64,000 bases of DNA from Octopus sinensis. Its lineage: Eukaryota. Both the position numbers and the translations under genes were made by a program. Below are positions 37,085 to 51,680 of this stretch, in pieces (the stretch's first letter is position 1; every line of letters begins with the position of its first letter). The stretch is from contig NC_043001.1 of the NCBI RefSeq assembly GCF_006345805.1, positions 91,698,001 to 91,762,000 of the forward strand, read 5' to 3'. Under the pieces are notes generated by a model that worked only from the letters and a program-made list of their open reading frames with translations, ran no database searches and was not told the DNA's origin.

Positions 37085-39378
37085 TGGGGAACAATCAGAA
37101 AGGATCTGTCTTCCATCGACTGGTCTTTTACTCTCAATTCCCCTCATATTGAGACCGCGTGGCAGCACTTTGAAACCATTGTCACCGACACATGCTAAAA
37201 CACGCTCCCAAGAAATCTACTAACACAAACAGAAACCGGCTCCCAAAGAAAAAAAACACTCTTCAGGCGCATCAAAAGACTCAACAAAAAAATCAACCAA
37301 TTAAAATATTCCCACACGCAACATCCACATTCAACAATAATGAAAAGACTAGAGCTGGAAAAACTTCATCTGCAGACTAACATGAAAACCTCCATTGAAA
37401 ATCAAAGAGCTGTGGAGGAACAATGGGTAATCAAAAACATCAAACAGAACCCAAAAGTGTTCTATTCTTATGCAAATAAGCATAGAACCACTGTCTCACC
37501 TATTGGGCCATTGATTGATGAAAACGGCATTCCCCAACACGATGCTAAAGAAATGGCAGAAATACTGCAGAAACAATATTGCTCTGTCTTCAGTGTTCCC
37601 ACTGATATTGTTGTGAGGGAAACGAACGAAGCTGACTCCCAACACAAAATCGCAGACATAACCTTCACTGCCACCGACATCGTAGCAGCAATAAATGAGG
37701 TCAAACATTACTCCGCTGTAGGCCCTGATAGATTTCCCGCCAGTCTCCTGAAGGAATGTAGATATCAACTTGCAGTCCCTCTGATCAACCTCTGGAGAAA
37801 CTCGTTAGACGCAGGTTATATACCGAAAAAGTTTCTATCCCAGTCGGTCATCCGGTTTTCAAACAGGGAAACAGATCCCTCGCAGTCAACTATCGCCCAA
37901 TCTCACTCACCTCCCACATCATTAAAGTGTTTGAAAGAGTGTTAAGATCAAGGATAGCTGACTTCCTGGAGACCCACAAACTCCTAAATTCAAATCAACA
38001 TGGCTTTCGCTGTGGCAGGGACTGTCTAACACAGCTCTTACACCACATTGAAGATGTACTCAAAGCCTTGGAACAGGTTCGAACTCTGACGTCATATACC
38101 TTGACTTCAGTAAGCGTTCGACAGGGTAGACCATAACATCCTACTCTCAAAATTGGCAAATGTTGGAATCCGTGGAAAAGTTCTACACTGGATTCAGTAT
38201 TTCCTAGCGAATAGAACACAACATGTTGTAGTTGATGGAGTCCACTCAAACCCAGCAAAAGTCACCAGCGGTGTTCCCCAGGGAACTGTTTTGGGTCCGC
38301 TACTCTTCATAATTTATGTAAACGACCTTTCCAGTGTCGTACATCACTGCAAAGTGAAAATATTCGCTGATGACACTAAGCTCCAGCAAATCGTCAATGA
38401 AGAAGCAGACCGAACTCAACTCCAGTCTGACCTATATGCTGTGAGTCAATGGGCAGACAGAAACAAAATGCAACTGAATGAGGGAAAATTTGAGCTGATG
38501 CATTTTGGAAGAAATTCCTCACTAAAGCAACCATACTCTCTTCCTTCAGGGGAACCGCTCACAGCCTCTAACAATATCAGAGACCTGGGTGTAATTGTTG
38601 ATGACGATCTCAGTTGGAGCGCGCACACATCAACAAGAAGGTCGATACAGCTCGTAGGATGAGTTCCTGGATCTTAAGAACTTTCGGTCCAGAGAACAAG
38701 GTGTCATCATACCACTTTTTTCATCCTTTGTACGGCCACACCTTGAATACTGCTGCCCACTGTGGTCTCCTCACACAAGACAAAACATCTCCAGAATTGA
38801 GTCACCCCAGAGGGCTCTCACTAAACAAATTGAAGGCATGGCTGCTCTCGACTATTGGGATCGCCTTAAAGCCTTGAAACTTTACTCCCTCCAGCGTCGC
38901 CGTGAGCGGTACATCATTTGTACGATGTGGAAAATATACCGCCAACTTTGCCCAAACGACCTAAACATTAGCTTCAAGGTTCATCCGAGACTTGGACCAC
39001 GGGCTATACGTCCCCTGCCAATTCAAGATCACAACATACATGTACACTGCAACATAATTTCCTTTCCTCAACAGGCCCTGCCCTATTTAACATTGTCCCG
39101 AGGGAGATCAAAAGAGAAAAGGATCCCATCAACTTCAAACAGAGTCTGGATAGATTCCTTCAAAGAATACCAGACAAGCCACCATAATTGGATACAACTC
39201 ACCCAACAAGAACTCACTACTTGAACAAAACTGGATACAACTCACCCAACAAGAACTCACTACTTGAACAAAACTTGACTTAAACAGGATTCGAATAATC
39301 CTATCAGGTGGTGCTATTAAGTTAGACATGGCCTGGACCAATCTCTGGTCGAAACATATCTAAGTTTTATCTAAGTTT
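37085..39378 (+). pseudogene. CR1-like LINE, 5'-truncated, frameshifted ORF2
   Basis: KQNPKVFYSY, GPDRFP, NYRPISLTS, QHGFR, YLDFSK, SGVPQGTVLGPLLF, FADDTK; 3' atctaagtttt repeats; low-complexity TSD tatatatac. Confidence 0.9.
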
Positions 39379-39395
39379 TATATATACAACTAATT

Positions 39396-39707
39396 TCTGT
39401 TTCATCTGCTCCGCATTTCGAAGGTAAAGGCGAGACACGATTTAGTTGAAACAGTCCTTCCCGTGTTCAAAATATTTTTTTCATTCGTTCAGGCTTAACA
39501 ACCCTTAAAATTTGTGTTACTGTTATTCTCCTTGCCCTGTTTTACTGTTTGTATTTGTATTGTTTTTACTGTCCTGTTTTTGTTACCACTTTTACCCCTC
39601 CACAAAAAAAATCTCAAATTTTATTTAATTTAATTTTTGCGGGAAGGATTGTTTCAATGAAGTCGTGTCTCGCCTTTACCTTCGAGACGCGGAGTAGATG
39701 AAACAGA
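39396..39707. repeat. Inverted repeat, 68-bp arms with 176-bp spacer
   Basis: tctgtttcatctgctccgc..ccttcccg is inverted at 39640-39707. Confidence 0.85.
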
Positions 39708-39919
39708 GGCGGCTGAAGAAGGGGAATTTTCCTTGTGTTGTATGTCTTGTACTCCATTTTTTCGTTGTTTAAGAAAAATGTCCATTTCCTTGGTTTTGTG
39801 TCTGTTTTATTTTCTCAATGTGTTCGACGTTAATTTTTGGTGTCCTGTACCCATATATGCATGTATATATACATATAGATGTATGTATATACATGCATAT
39901 GTTTTATTTATTATTTTGC

Positions 39920-39957
<38 letters not shown>

Positions 39958-40027
39958 AAAAATTCAGGGTGAATACTTGATAGTTGTAAGCACCTGTATA
40001 TACCATTTAGTGGTGTAGGTGATACAG

Positions 40028-40511
40028 TATATTAATCAAAATAAAAACATGATTCAAAGGATTTAGCGGTACATATGTTTCGGGCCTTTATTAGACGGTT
40101 TTATAACAATGCATAATTGATGTAAATGTGTGTCTATGGCCTTCTTCAGCCGCGTACAATTACTACTTCAAGGACATATATTACATTATAAGTTTTACGT
40201 TGAGGATGCAAATCCTCATAGTCACGTACGACAGAGTGGGGCACCAACACGAAATCGAAGTCAAAAGCGGGATGGACGCTTCGATTTCGTGTTGGTGCCC
40301 CACTCTGTTGTACGTGACTATGAGGATTTGCATCCCCAACGTAAAACTTATAATGCAATATATGTCCTTGAAGTAGTAATTGTACGCGGCTGAAGAAGGC
40401 CATAGACACACATTTACATCAATTATGCATTGTTATAAAACCGTCTAATAAAGGCCCGAAACATATGTACCGCTAAATCCTTTGAATCATGTTTTTATTT
40501 TGATTAATATA
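40028..40511. repeat. Near-perfect palindrome: 233-bp arms, 18-nt loop, outward-reading hammerheads
   Basis: I count three mismatches between the arms. Confidence 0.95.
40386..40473 (+). ncRNA. Type I hammerhead candidate (mirror copy at 40066-40153 on the minus strand)
   Basis: gcgg-CTGAAGA-aggcc...ggccc-GAAAC-atat-GTA-ccgc; palindromic ACATATGT stem III. Confidence 0.75.
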
Positions 40512-40869
40512 TATATATATATATATACTCTGGTCTGCCCGATGTTGTAATAAAAGGTGCCATGCAGTGGGACAGAACACCGAACTACGCCTAATCGATA
40601 GAAGCTTTATCATTGAAAGATCTTGTCTGTCATTAGTTTGCTAGAACAGGCGTCATTAACTATTTTTTTCTTTACTTTCATCTGCTACTTTGATTTAAGT
40701 GGAAAATCCAAACGCACTTCAAACTAAGATTATTTTGTGTTTTTGTGGACGTTCGTTATGTCCTTGTAATTGAATGCCTTCATTTGTGTCTTTTGGTGCA
40801 CACGGATGTGATGTATTAAGTATTTTCTGTTTAAGTGTCAAAATCAAAGCCATTTTATTTATGACAGTC

Positions 40870-40984
40870 TGTTCTAGATACCGAAATTTGATACAGAGCT
40901 GTTTACAAAATCAGCCTTAAATTTCTCGGCGTCTTCAGGTGTATCCATTACGAGAAGTATATCGTCCATATAACTAGAGCATAT

Positions 40985-41083
<99 letters not shown>

Positions 41084-41235
41084 GGTGTCATTACACACTG
41101 TGGTCATGTTGAAAGTTGAAAATGTGGGTCCTAAGAGAAGATTCTTGGATAGTCCGCAAAGCAAATCCTATAAGCAGTGGGTGGAGTAGCCTTAGGTTCT
41201 CCCATAGCGCCTATGTTTGCTACATTCTACGGGAT
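40870..41235. pseudogene. Scrambled PLE RT fragments
   Basis: Minus: SYMDDILLVMDTPEDAEKFK (40985-40870). Plus: YKQ..GVALGSPIAPMFATFY (about 41170-41230). Confidence 0.5.
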
Positions 41236-41389
41236 CACGATACAAAATAGTGATGCCAAATATATATGTATCAATCTCTGTCTCTGTCCCCTTCCTTTTC
41301 TCTCTCTCTCTCTCTTGCCTTATTTACTATGCATAGAAACACTCACGTAGACAGAAGACACACATACGATCATAAATATACATACAGAG

Positions 41390-41446
<57 letters not shown>

Positions 41447-41643
41447 ATATATATATATATGTGAACAGGTCGCGGATTTTAGCGACGAAAATATTTTGAC
41501 AAATTAAACTTAAATGTTGAAGTGAATCGAACGGCTTTTGTGTGTTTCTTAAATGGCTTACAAACACCTTCCACGCTGCAATTGTTTTCGTTTCAGCACA
41601 CGATCTCAGATCAAATCACTTGCTATGCGAGTACATCTCCGTA

Positions 41644-41736
<93 letters not shown>

Positions 41737-42690
41737 CAATTATATATTGTGTCATTTCGTTCAGTCTATTAACATACATGCATATGAGTGTGTGCGCATG
41801 CGCATGTACGAGTGGGTACGTGTGTGTGTGTGTGAGAGAGAGGGGGGATAGAGAAAGATAGGGAGATAGTGTATGTATGCGTGTGTGTATGTGTGTTACG
41901 TGGCGGATATAAGGGGTACAACTAAGGACACCGTTTTCAGCAAAAATACTGTCACAGACGCTCGAATGCAGCGAGCACATGCACGCACACACATACACAT
42001 ACGCACACACACTCACATACACTCAGATACACATATACATACGCACACACACTCACACACGAACTCATACACGTACACACACAGTCTCTCCCCCAAACAC
42101 ACATACATGCATGTGCACAGACACTTACTTTTCCTTGCGAGCATGTTTCCCATAACCGCGATCCTCAGGCGTGAAATACGAGTCACTAAGAAAATAATAT
42201 TATTTAAATAAATAATTCATTGAAAAACATGTATTTAGTGCTCCCTTAGAGAGAGAGGGAGAGAGGGAGAGACAGAGACAGAGACAGACAGACAGACAGA
42301 CAGACGGACAGAGTAAGAGAGAGAAAGAAAGGGAGAAAGAGAGAAAAAGAGAGTGAGAGAGATAAGCCTACATGCTGGCACGTCTATATATATGTGCGCG
42401 TGACTGTGCTTGTGTGTGTATACAGACACACACATACACACACGTTTTACATCCAAATTTCATTCGTAAAGCATTGGTCAACCCAGATTTAGAATAAGTA
42501 ATCAATTGGCCGGCCTAGTGCGCACCAGGATAGAACCTACAAACAGGTGGTTATAAATCCAAACGTATTAACCGCACGGCCTTGCCTACACATATATTTG
42601 TTTAGAATCAACAAAAGCCGTGAAGCAATATACATATAATGCTGTAAACAGAAGCATCCAGCGCTCAGTGGTTAATTGAAATAAATACGT

Positions 42691-42771
<81 letters not shown>

Positions 42772-42789
42772 TAAACAGTAAAAATAATT

Positions 42790-43200
42790 ACAGACATGGA
42801 CAAGAACATGAAACAACACAGAGACGACACAAGAACCACAGGACGGGACATTCGAAGCCCTCAGTCATCAGTCAAGAACCAGATCATCTTAGCAATTTCG
42901 GCTGATTAATCTTGAGATTGCTCCGATATGGCCAGCCCGCCAAGGGAAATCTAAGCCAAGCGCATTAGATACCCTGGAAGAAAGCTTCGAATGTATACAA
43001 CACGAGGACGGAAAACGAACGAAGTACACGAACAAAAATACAGAATACGTGACACCAATAAGAATACAAAAACGTAAAAAACTAACGGTAAAAATAAAAA
43101 ATAAACAACAAAACAAAACCAGGACGTAGGACAGGGTCTTTCGACAGGACGAGTGAGTATGGGGCTGGCTTGTGAAGTTGTGCCTAATGGCCGCGGGGAG
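42790..43200 (-). mobile_element. Probable PLE 3'/pseudo-LTR remnant next to (TA)n
   Basis: T-rich on the minus strand, contains CTGATGA without a clean GAAA partner, and ends at (TA)n. Confidence 0.35.
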
Positions 43201-43692
43201 ACGAACAAATACGTGTTGCTTCTGCGACTGCTGAAACGAAAAGAGCGCTCAACAGCGGCTAGCGGTCACGTGAGAACAAAAGACAGGAGAAAGGGACAGA
43301 TGAAAAGAGAGAGAAGGTGGACGAGGGAGGAGAAGAAAGAGACAGATCGAGGGGGCTGGAGGTGAGAGAGATAGAGAAACGTAGAAGGGGGGATACATAC
43401 ACACAAAGGTACACACCCATATTCGCATGTGCGCACACTCGCGCACATACAGTGACGCGCAATTTGGAAGTTTAATGACATAGAAATGTACACAAACTTC
43501 ATTACGTCACTATGAATAGAGTTGTGCGTGTATGTGTGTGTGTGCATATATGCATGAATGTGTACTTTTATCTGTATATTTGTATTCGTACGACTACATA
43601 TGTTCTATTAAAACGTGCATATATAGACGGTAGTCAATATGTATGTGGGTGTTTGTGAGTGTGTAGGTACGTAGATAAACACGCGCAGAGTG

Positions 43693-43844
43693 TCTGTGTA
43701 GTAAGTAGCTTGCATACGAACCACATGTTTCCGGGTTCAGTCCCACTGCGTGGCTCCTTGGGCAAGTGCCTTCTACTATAGCCTCGGGCCGACCAAAGCC
43801 TTGTGAGTGGATTTGGTAGACGGAAACTGAAAGAACCCGTCGTA

Positions 43845-43908
<64 letters not shown>

Positions 43909-44150
43909 TATATATATATGTGTGTGTGTGTGTATGTATGTTTTTGTGTCTGTGTTTGTCCGCAACATCGCTTGACAACCGATGCTGGTGTGTTTACGTC
44001 CCCGTAACTTAGCAGTTCAGCAAAAGAGACCGTTAGAGTAAGTACTAGGCTTACAAAGAATAAGTCCTGGGGTCGATTTGCTCATCTAAAGGCGGTGCTC
44101 CAGCATGGCCACAGTCAAATGACTGAAACAAGTAAAAGAGTAAAGAGTAC
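43693..44150 (+). mobile_element. SINE A
   Basis: Near-complete match. Confidence 0.85.
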
Positions 44151-44404
44151 GCACACACACAAACACACACACACACACTGTAGTATCATAAACACACATC
44201 TTTTGCGCATTAAATTGCATGAACTTCCGTTGAATTGTATACACAAGTTGATTTCGTGTTTCGCTTGCAGCCATTTCACTTTATGCTGCTAATAAACACT
44301 GATGATACTATCAGTCTCTGATCGAGCCCCTAATTTCAAAAGCATTCATGAATATTACTCTGTTGCTGTTTAACTCAAGGGAAGATTGGTCATTCCAACT
44401 ATTA

Positions 44405-44958
44405 TATTGGGTTGTTCGGAAAGTTCCTGCCGATTTTTAAAGGTAAGAAAGGGGTCAACAAATACTTGCCATTACATTTTTAAGCAACCAAATATGAACC
44501 ATTTTGTTGCACAATGCGTCTCCATCTTTCCTTTAGCTTGAAAATACCCTCTTCCCAGAATTGAGGTGGTTTCATAGCAAAGAATTCATCAAGGTATCTT
44601 TTTACGTTATCCAAGGAATTGAAATTTTTACCATTAAGACTATTTTGCAGAGACCTGAATAAGGGAAAATCCAAAGGAGCAATATCTGGTGAATACGGAG
44701 GGTGGGGTAACGCATCCCAGCCGAGCTACAGCAATTTTTGTCTGGTTCCCAAAGCATCAATTGCCGAATATGAACTTTCTTATCTTCTATTTTAAAGGGT
44801 TACAGAATTAACACAGGTTATAGGAGCGAAAAGATAGCTTAAACTGTGCTCTAAATGGAGGTGTAATCAAATCCTATTTTATGGACTCAACCATGTTCTA
44901 AAATAAGTCGAAAGATAAGCTACTATAAATCGGCACGAACTTTCCGAACAACCCAATT
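44405..44958 (-). mobile_element. Internally deleted mariner, copy 3
   Basis: Same TIRs and same retained C-terminal segment as copies 1 and 2. Confidence 0.9.
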
Positions 44959-45027
44959 TTCATCATTTGTTAAAGACTTAACGTATTATATTGGACGATA
45001 TTATCTCATCATTAAAAAGCAACAAGC

Positions 45028-45232
45028 TGGCTGAATCTTTTGCACGCTGGACGAAATGCTTAGCGGGTTTTGGCTCGTCGCTACATTCTGTGTTCAAATT
45101 CTTCCGAGGTCAACTTTGCCTTTCATCCTTTTGGGGTCAATAAATTAAGTACCAGTCATGCACTTGGGTTGATGTAATCGACTTAGCCCCTCCCCACAGA
45201 TTTTAGGTCCTATGCCTATAGTTGACAGGATT
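45028..45232 (+). mobile_element. SINE C, diverged
   Basis: Motif match. Confidence 0.75.
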
Positions 45233-45261
45233 ATCTTATCATTAGGTTCTATTTAGAAAGT

Positions 45262-45700
45262 AATATCCTCTTCAGCTGTCGACGTTGGCAGAAATCATCT
45301 CTGGTAGGTTCACATGTTGCTACAAAGCCTGCTCTTGGTCTACAACATCGATGACATCTGCTGCACGTGAAGCTACTTGACACAACGGAGATGACTATTG
45401 CTGCAGGTGAAGCTGCTCGACGCTTCTCACATACTCTACTGCCCTCCATTTTGTAAACATGTCCTGCCTAGTGCAGCTGCGATGAGATAATGAAGGCTTC
45501 CACACTAACTGCGGTAGTGCGGTGCAGGACCTGTACATCAGGAATGTGATCCTGTTATCTAATATGCAAGATGGAGTGCAGTTGGACTCGCATCATAGCT
45601 TTGGTGTGCCCGCGATAGTGGGCCATGCATTCCATGGCACAGAGGAGGCAAGGAAGCACTGTAACACTTTACACGTTTATCTTCAGTGATAGACCATAAA
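45262..45700 (-). pseudogene. RTE LINE extreme 3' remnant
   Basis: EKRR...SFTCSRCHRCCRPRAG matches the C-terminal CxxCxxxCxSRxGL zinc-knuckle typical of RTE ORFs. Confidence 0.55.
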
Positions 45701-46939
45701 AGGGAGAGTAAGTCGCCCTTTCCATGCGTAATATATAGTATAGAAAATATATATAATTTATAATTCATTATGTATGACACGCTAAAATAGTAACCTGTGT
45801 ATTATACTTAAAGTAGATATATCATTGAAAGCCTAATAAACTGCAGTATTCGTCTTGAGGAAGCATCTATTATAGACGTGTAGTGTTAAAAACGCAAAAA
45901 TATATCAGTAGTAGTGGAACATCATCCAGCAGCAATGGAACATTGTTAAATGCACATTTCTGCTTCTTTGGATTTCATCAGTAGGACGTATCCAGTGGTA
46001 ACCGCATGTTAAGACAAAAATCAACCATTACTGATTTAGTAAATGAGGCTTTCAATGATCTGATTTAAGCATAATACACAAGTTGCTGTTTTGAACTTAA
46101 ACTCCTTCTATTGCGCCTAACAAATTGTTATTCAGCATGCCGTCTAATTACAACATCAGTGATTTTCAGTCACTGTTTAACTACTTCTTTAACGGCTGTT
46201 GTACTTGCTGCTTAACCTCCGAGTCAATCTTTATTCTGCAGATTTATGATCAAATCATGAACGATTTTGCCATTTTTGAGCATCTACAACTACATGCATT
46301 CACAATATGTCTTCCTTTTTATGTCGGTAAAATGTGATATGAGGGAATTTAGTTTCTAGCTTTTGCAATGCGAGTAGTAACCGGCATTTAAAGACGCTAT
46401 GTTAAATCTTTTCTGCTATAAGCACAAAGCCTGAAGTTTTGAGGGATGGAAATAGCCGATTGCGTCGACCTGAGTGCTCAAATGGCAATGATTCTATCGC
46501 CACCGAAACTAGACCTCGGCGGAAACTGAGTACATTGCGTAAAGACGGACGTAATACTGCTTAACATTTTGTCCAGCGTGCATTTTGTCTGTCAGTTCAC
46601 CGCGTTAAAAGAAGGAATGATAAGAGCAGTAATTTTATATCATCGGTGATGTTCTTTTCTGTATTTTTTAAAAAATTTTCTGGCGTTTAATTTCGGTATT
46701 TCAATACTCAGGATATGTCTGTGTATTCTAAACTTACCCACGCACTACAAAGCCAAACCTCATGAAATTTGCGTTGATTAAAACGTATTTTCGGTACTAC
46801 CCACTTTGCACTGATTACGGATGCTGGTTTTCCCAATATTCTTTAAGATATCACAGATGGCACCCAGTCAGATGGTACCGTCTTGTCACGTCCATGGTGT
46901 TTAACTCAGTGTAGTTACACGTACACACACACACACACA

Positions 46940-46975
<36 letters not shown>

Positions 46976-47019
46976 ACACACACGATTAATTCTACATTGT
47001 TTTTGTCTATCTCCTTTCT

Positions 47020-47082
47020 TTGTCTGTCTGTCTGTCTGTTTATCTATTTATCTGTTTATCTATCAATCTGTCTGTATGTCTG

Positions 47083-47118
<36 letters not shown>

Positions 47119-47165
47119 CTATCTATCTATCTATTTATCTACCTATCAGTCTATCTATATATATG

Positions 47166-47200
<35 letters not shown>
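47020..47200. repeat. (TCTA/TCTG)n microsatellite (also 22520-22650 and 47820-48090)
   Basis: Direct inspection. Confidence 0.95.
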
Positions 47201-47822
47201 CTCCTCAGCTCTTTTTCGTCTCATTTTTCTTACATGCATTACACACACACATACATACACAAACACACATATGCATACATACACAGACACCTATACACAA
47301 ACGTGCTCCTACACACATAACTTTTCTTTGCGTCTCTTTCTTCCTCCCTCCTCTCTCTCTCTCTTTATCTCTCTTTCTCTCCCTGACTCGTTTCTGTGTT
47401 TTTCACTGTCCACTCTTTTATCCACCATTTCTGTGATGTAATATAAACACCATTCTGTCTCCACAATCTCTGCTCTTATATTTATATACAAAGTGAATTT
47501 TCTTTATTTTTCACATCGTTACAACTTTTTAAATATATTTTAATACTGTGGTTAGCTACATACATACATACATACATACATACATACATACATACATACA
47601 TACATACGAATATTACAATCTCAGATTACAAATTTCCCGCTGGAAACTTTAATAATACATGGCGCTCTAGTTATACAGTAAGACATAATAGTTTAGGCCA
47701 GCATACCTTTGATCATAGAAATCAAAGTCATTCTGATCTGGATCTAAACCATGAAGTCGAGTATTAAGCTCCATTCAACTTAGACTTTCGTAGACTCATA
47801 GAACGAACTTAACTCATCGGAC

Positions 47823-47906
<84 letters not shown>

Positions 47907-47915
47907 CTCTATCTC

Positions 47916-47962
<47 letters not shown>

Positions 47963-47979
47963 CTCTATCTCTCTATCTC

Positions 47980-48059
<80 letters not shown>

Positions 48060-48479
48060 CCTATCTATTTGTTTGTCTGTCTGTCTGTCTAAATATATCG
48101 ATGTGTGCGTGCGTGCGTGCGTGTATGCGTATACATGAGCGTGTCTGTGTGTGTGTGTGTGCGTGTGCACACGCACGGGTGTGTGTGAATAAAGAAAGCA
48201 ATGAACATGAATTCGACAAAGGTGGGACAAGTTTTCACAAACTTTTAGACTCCTTTCCTTTTAAGCGTTAAATACAATATTAGATAAAAAAAAAAAAGAA
48301 AAATTGTCTAGTCCTAAGGGACTAACAACATGAATTCAGCTAATTAAGTGAACAGGGATCAACCGAAAGCCAAACGTAGATGGCGTAACTGAAATCGTGT
48401 CAGTGTGTAAACAATTCTCAGATATAGGCGATAGTTCTTTAGATAAGTTTTTTTTTATCATGGATGATTTTAGAAATCA

Positions 48480-48715
48480 TTCTTTCGTCGAATATGTACT
48501 TTGCAACTCATGTTATGTAAATATATAGCATAAGTTGAACATTTCAGCCCATCTGCTGGAATTTTGTTCTTTTGGGTAGCATGTTTTGAAAAGATGTTTG
48601 AACCCACCTGCAGAACAACACACTTTGTTACACAAACCGCATGCATAACCAGCTGGGTTGTGATATTTCTGTTCAATATCATCATCAGTAACATGACGCC
48701 ATTCACGGCTAATTA
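48480..48715 (-). pseudogene. Possible LINE C-terminal zinc-finger remnant
   Basis: SREWRHV...YACGLCNKVCCSAGGFK; heavily degraded. Confidence 0.3.
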
Positions 48716-49479
48716 ACTTCTGCTTTTGAAATACACATACAGGATTAGAGACCTTACATGGTAGGAACTGCTTTGAACCCTTCTCTTTAAGAGGTTCAAA
48801 ACCCGCTGTATTTCGCGCACCACGTTTCGACTGAGCAGATGCTATGCGCTTGGTTTCAGACCCATTAACCCTATGAAGCCCTGAGTACGCTTTAGCGGGC
48901 GCGATTTTGTTTCAATATAACCGTGGAGGACACAAAAGCAGACGACAACATGGGTTTTGTCTGTAAATCTCGCAATTGGAAGAAACATCGTTATTTTCGG
49001 CTGGATGCACGAAACCAAGCGCCCGCGCGCTCTTGCGTCTTCGAGGACGTATATAAACAAATGAAATTGCAACCGCTGAAGCTTATTCACAAGTTAAAAG
49101 GGTTAATGCCATTAGAAACCAAACTTCTCTACGGGCATCTCTTTGATTGATGCTTGACATTCACAGGTGTTGATATCAATGTTGGTTTATGTTATGGCGA
49201 GAATCATGATGCTGCCCGCCACGAGAATGAACTAGCCGATCTCGCATAAGTAGCAGCGTGTTTCACTGAGAACGAAGGATGAGAAATCGCAGGAAGTCGT
49301 AAGATGTCATTCGTGAGTTCGTGGAGTCGCAGGAAATTGTTGAGAAGTTGCTATAGTTCGTTGAGAGTTCTTTTGGATTGGTTATAGTTGTTAGCAGAGT
49401 ATTTGGGAATACATCAAGTGTAAGCAGTTTGTGTTTACCTCGTTCCGTGGTACTATGTATCACACTGTAATAGTGTAGG

Positions 49480-49999
49480 GTGGAGGCGCAATGGCCCAGT
49501 GGTTAGGGCAGCGGACCTGCGGTCGTAGGATCGTGGCTTCGATTCCCAGACCGGGCATTGTGAGTGTTTATTGAGCAAAAACACCTAAAGCTTCACGAGG
49601 CTCCGGCGGTGCGGGATGGGGTGATCCCTGCTGTACTCTTTCACCACAATTTTCTCTCACTCTTTCTTCCTGTTTCTCTTGTACCAGTATTTCAAAGGGT
49701 CAGCCTTGTCACACTCTGCTTCATGCTGAATTTCCCCGAGAACTACGTTAAGGGTACACGTGTCTGTGGAGTGCTCAGCCACTTGCACGTTAATAAATGA
49801 GCTGCGACGTCACTAGTGCCAAGCTGTATCGGCCTTTGCCTTTCCCTTGGATAGCATCGGTGGCGTGGAGAAGGGGAGGCTGGTATGCATGGGCGACTAC
49901 CTGTCTTCCATAAACAACCTTGCTCAGACTTGTGTCTCGGAGGGTAACTTTCTAGGTGTAATCCCATGGTCATTCATGGCCGAAGGGGGTCACAATAAC
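49480..49999 (+). mobile_element. Chimeric SINE (family B body 1 joined to family D 3' part) within one TSD
   Basis: TSD aatagtgtagg at 49469-49479 and 50000-50010; junction at about 49793-49796. Confidence 0.85.
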
Positions 50000-50563
50000 A
50001 ATAGTGTAGGATACAAAAGTGGCACACAGTAATGACGTTACAAAAGTTTTTTCTCAAGAGCATCCTTCAGACAATCTTTATATAGCTTCTCTTTGACTTG
50101 CATTACAAGAATTTTCCTTCGTGTTTTAGCAAATCAACTGTGCTCCAAGCATTTTATATGACCAATCTAAACCGTCGTTTAGTTACGATGTCGTTCAAAT
50201 ATGGCGAATGAACTGCTCATGGCATTTCTGTTCACGGAACAAAAGACTTCCAAGAGAATATCCCATTTGCGTCGCAAGGATTGCTGTTGGAAATATTTCA
50301 AGACGTTGAGACATACACGCGCGCGCACTCGCACACACGTATATGAATATGTGTGCGTGTATCTATGTGTGTGTGTGTGTGTGTGTGAGCATGTGTATAT
50401 GTATACATACTTACATACAGTAGCGAGCGAAGAAAAAAGAGAACGATTAAATTTTTTTTGAATGTCGGGAAAGCTAGTGAATGTGCAAATTCGCAATTAG
50501 TTTCGTAAACACGGTTAACTATTAGTTAAATTCTCTGAAAAATCTAAGTTTGTACAATGGTTT

Positions 50564-50851
50564 TGTTTGTTCCTTCTCGCGCCACGTCTGTCTCATAAGG
50601 GCCGGTTTCCTTGGCGTATAGGTTCCCCACCTGGACGGGACGCCTGTCCGTCGCAGGTGAGCTGCAAGAGGAAAGAGTGAGAGAAAGTTGTGGCGAAAGA
50701 TTCAGCAGAAGTTCGCCATTACCTTCTGCCGGAGCCGCGTGGAGCTTAGGTGTTTCGCTCATAAACACACACATCACCCGGTCTGAGATTCGAACCCGCG
50801 ATCCCTTGACCGCGAGTCCGCTGCTCTAACCACTAGGCCATGTGCCTCCAC
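50564..50851 (-). mobile_element. SINE B, body 2, inserted in a Tc1 TIR
   Basis: TSD acaatggttt at 50554-50563 and 50852-50861. Confidence 0.9.

Positions 50852-51680
<829 letters not shown>

Noticed and set aside
39187-39275. 43-bp direct tandem repeat resembling a CRISPR repeat pair
   Set aside because: The copies are adjacent with no spacer, inside a LINE 3' region; it is a simple tandem duplication in a eukaryotic context.
46125-46337. 70-aa ORF with an internal ctgcag acceptor-like site
   Set aside because: No recognisable domain and no donor site.
48865-49106. TTAA-CCCT...AGGG-TTAA suggesting a piggyBac MITE
   Set aside because: Only 8 bp of terminal inversion and no second copy in the window.
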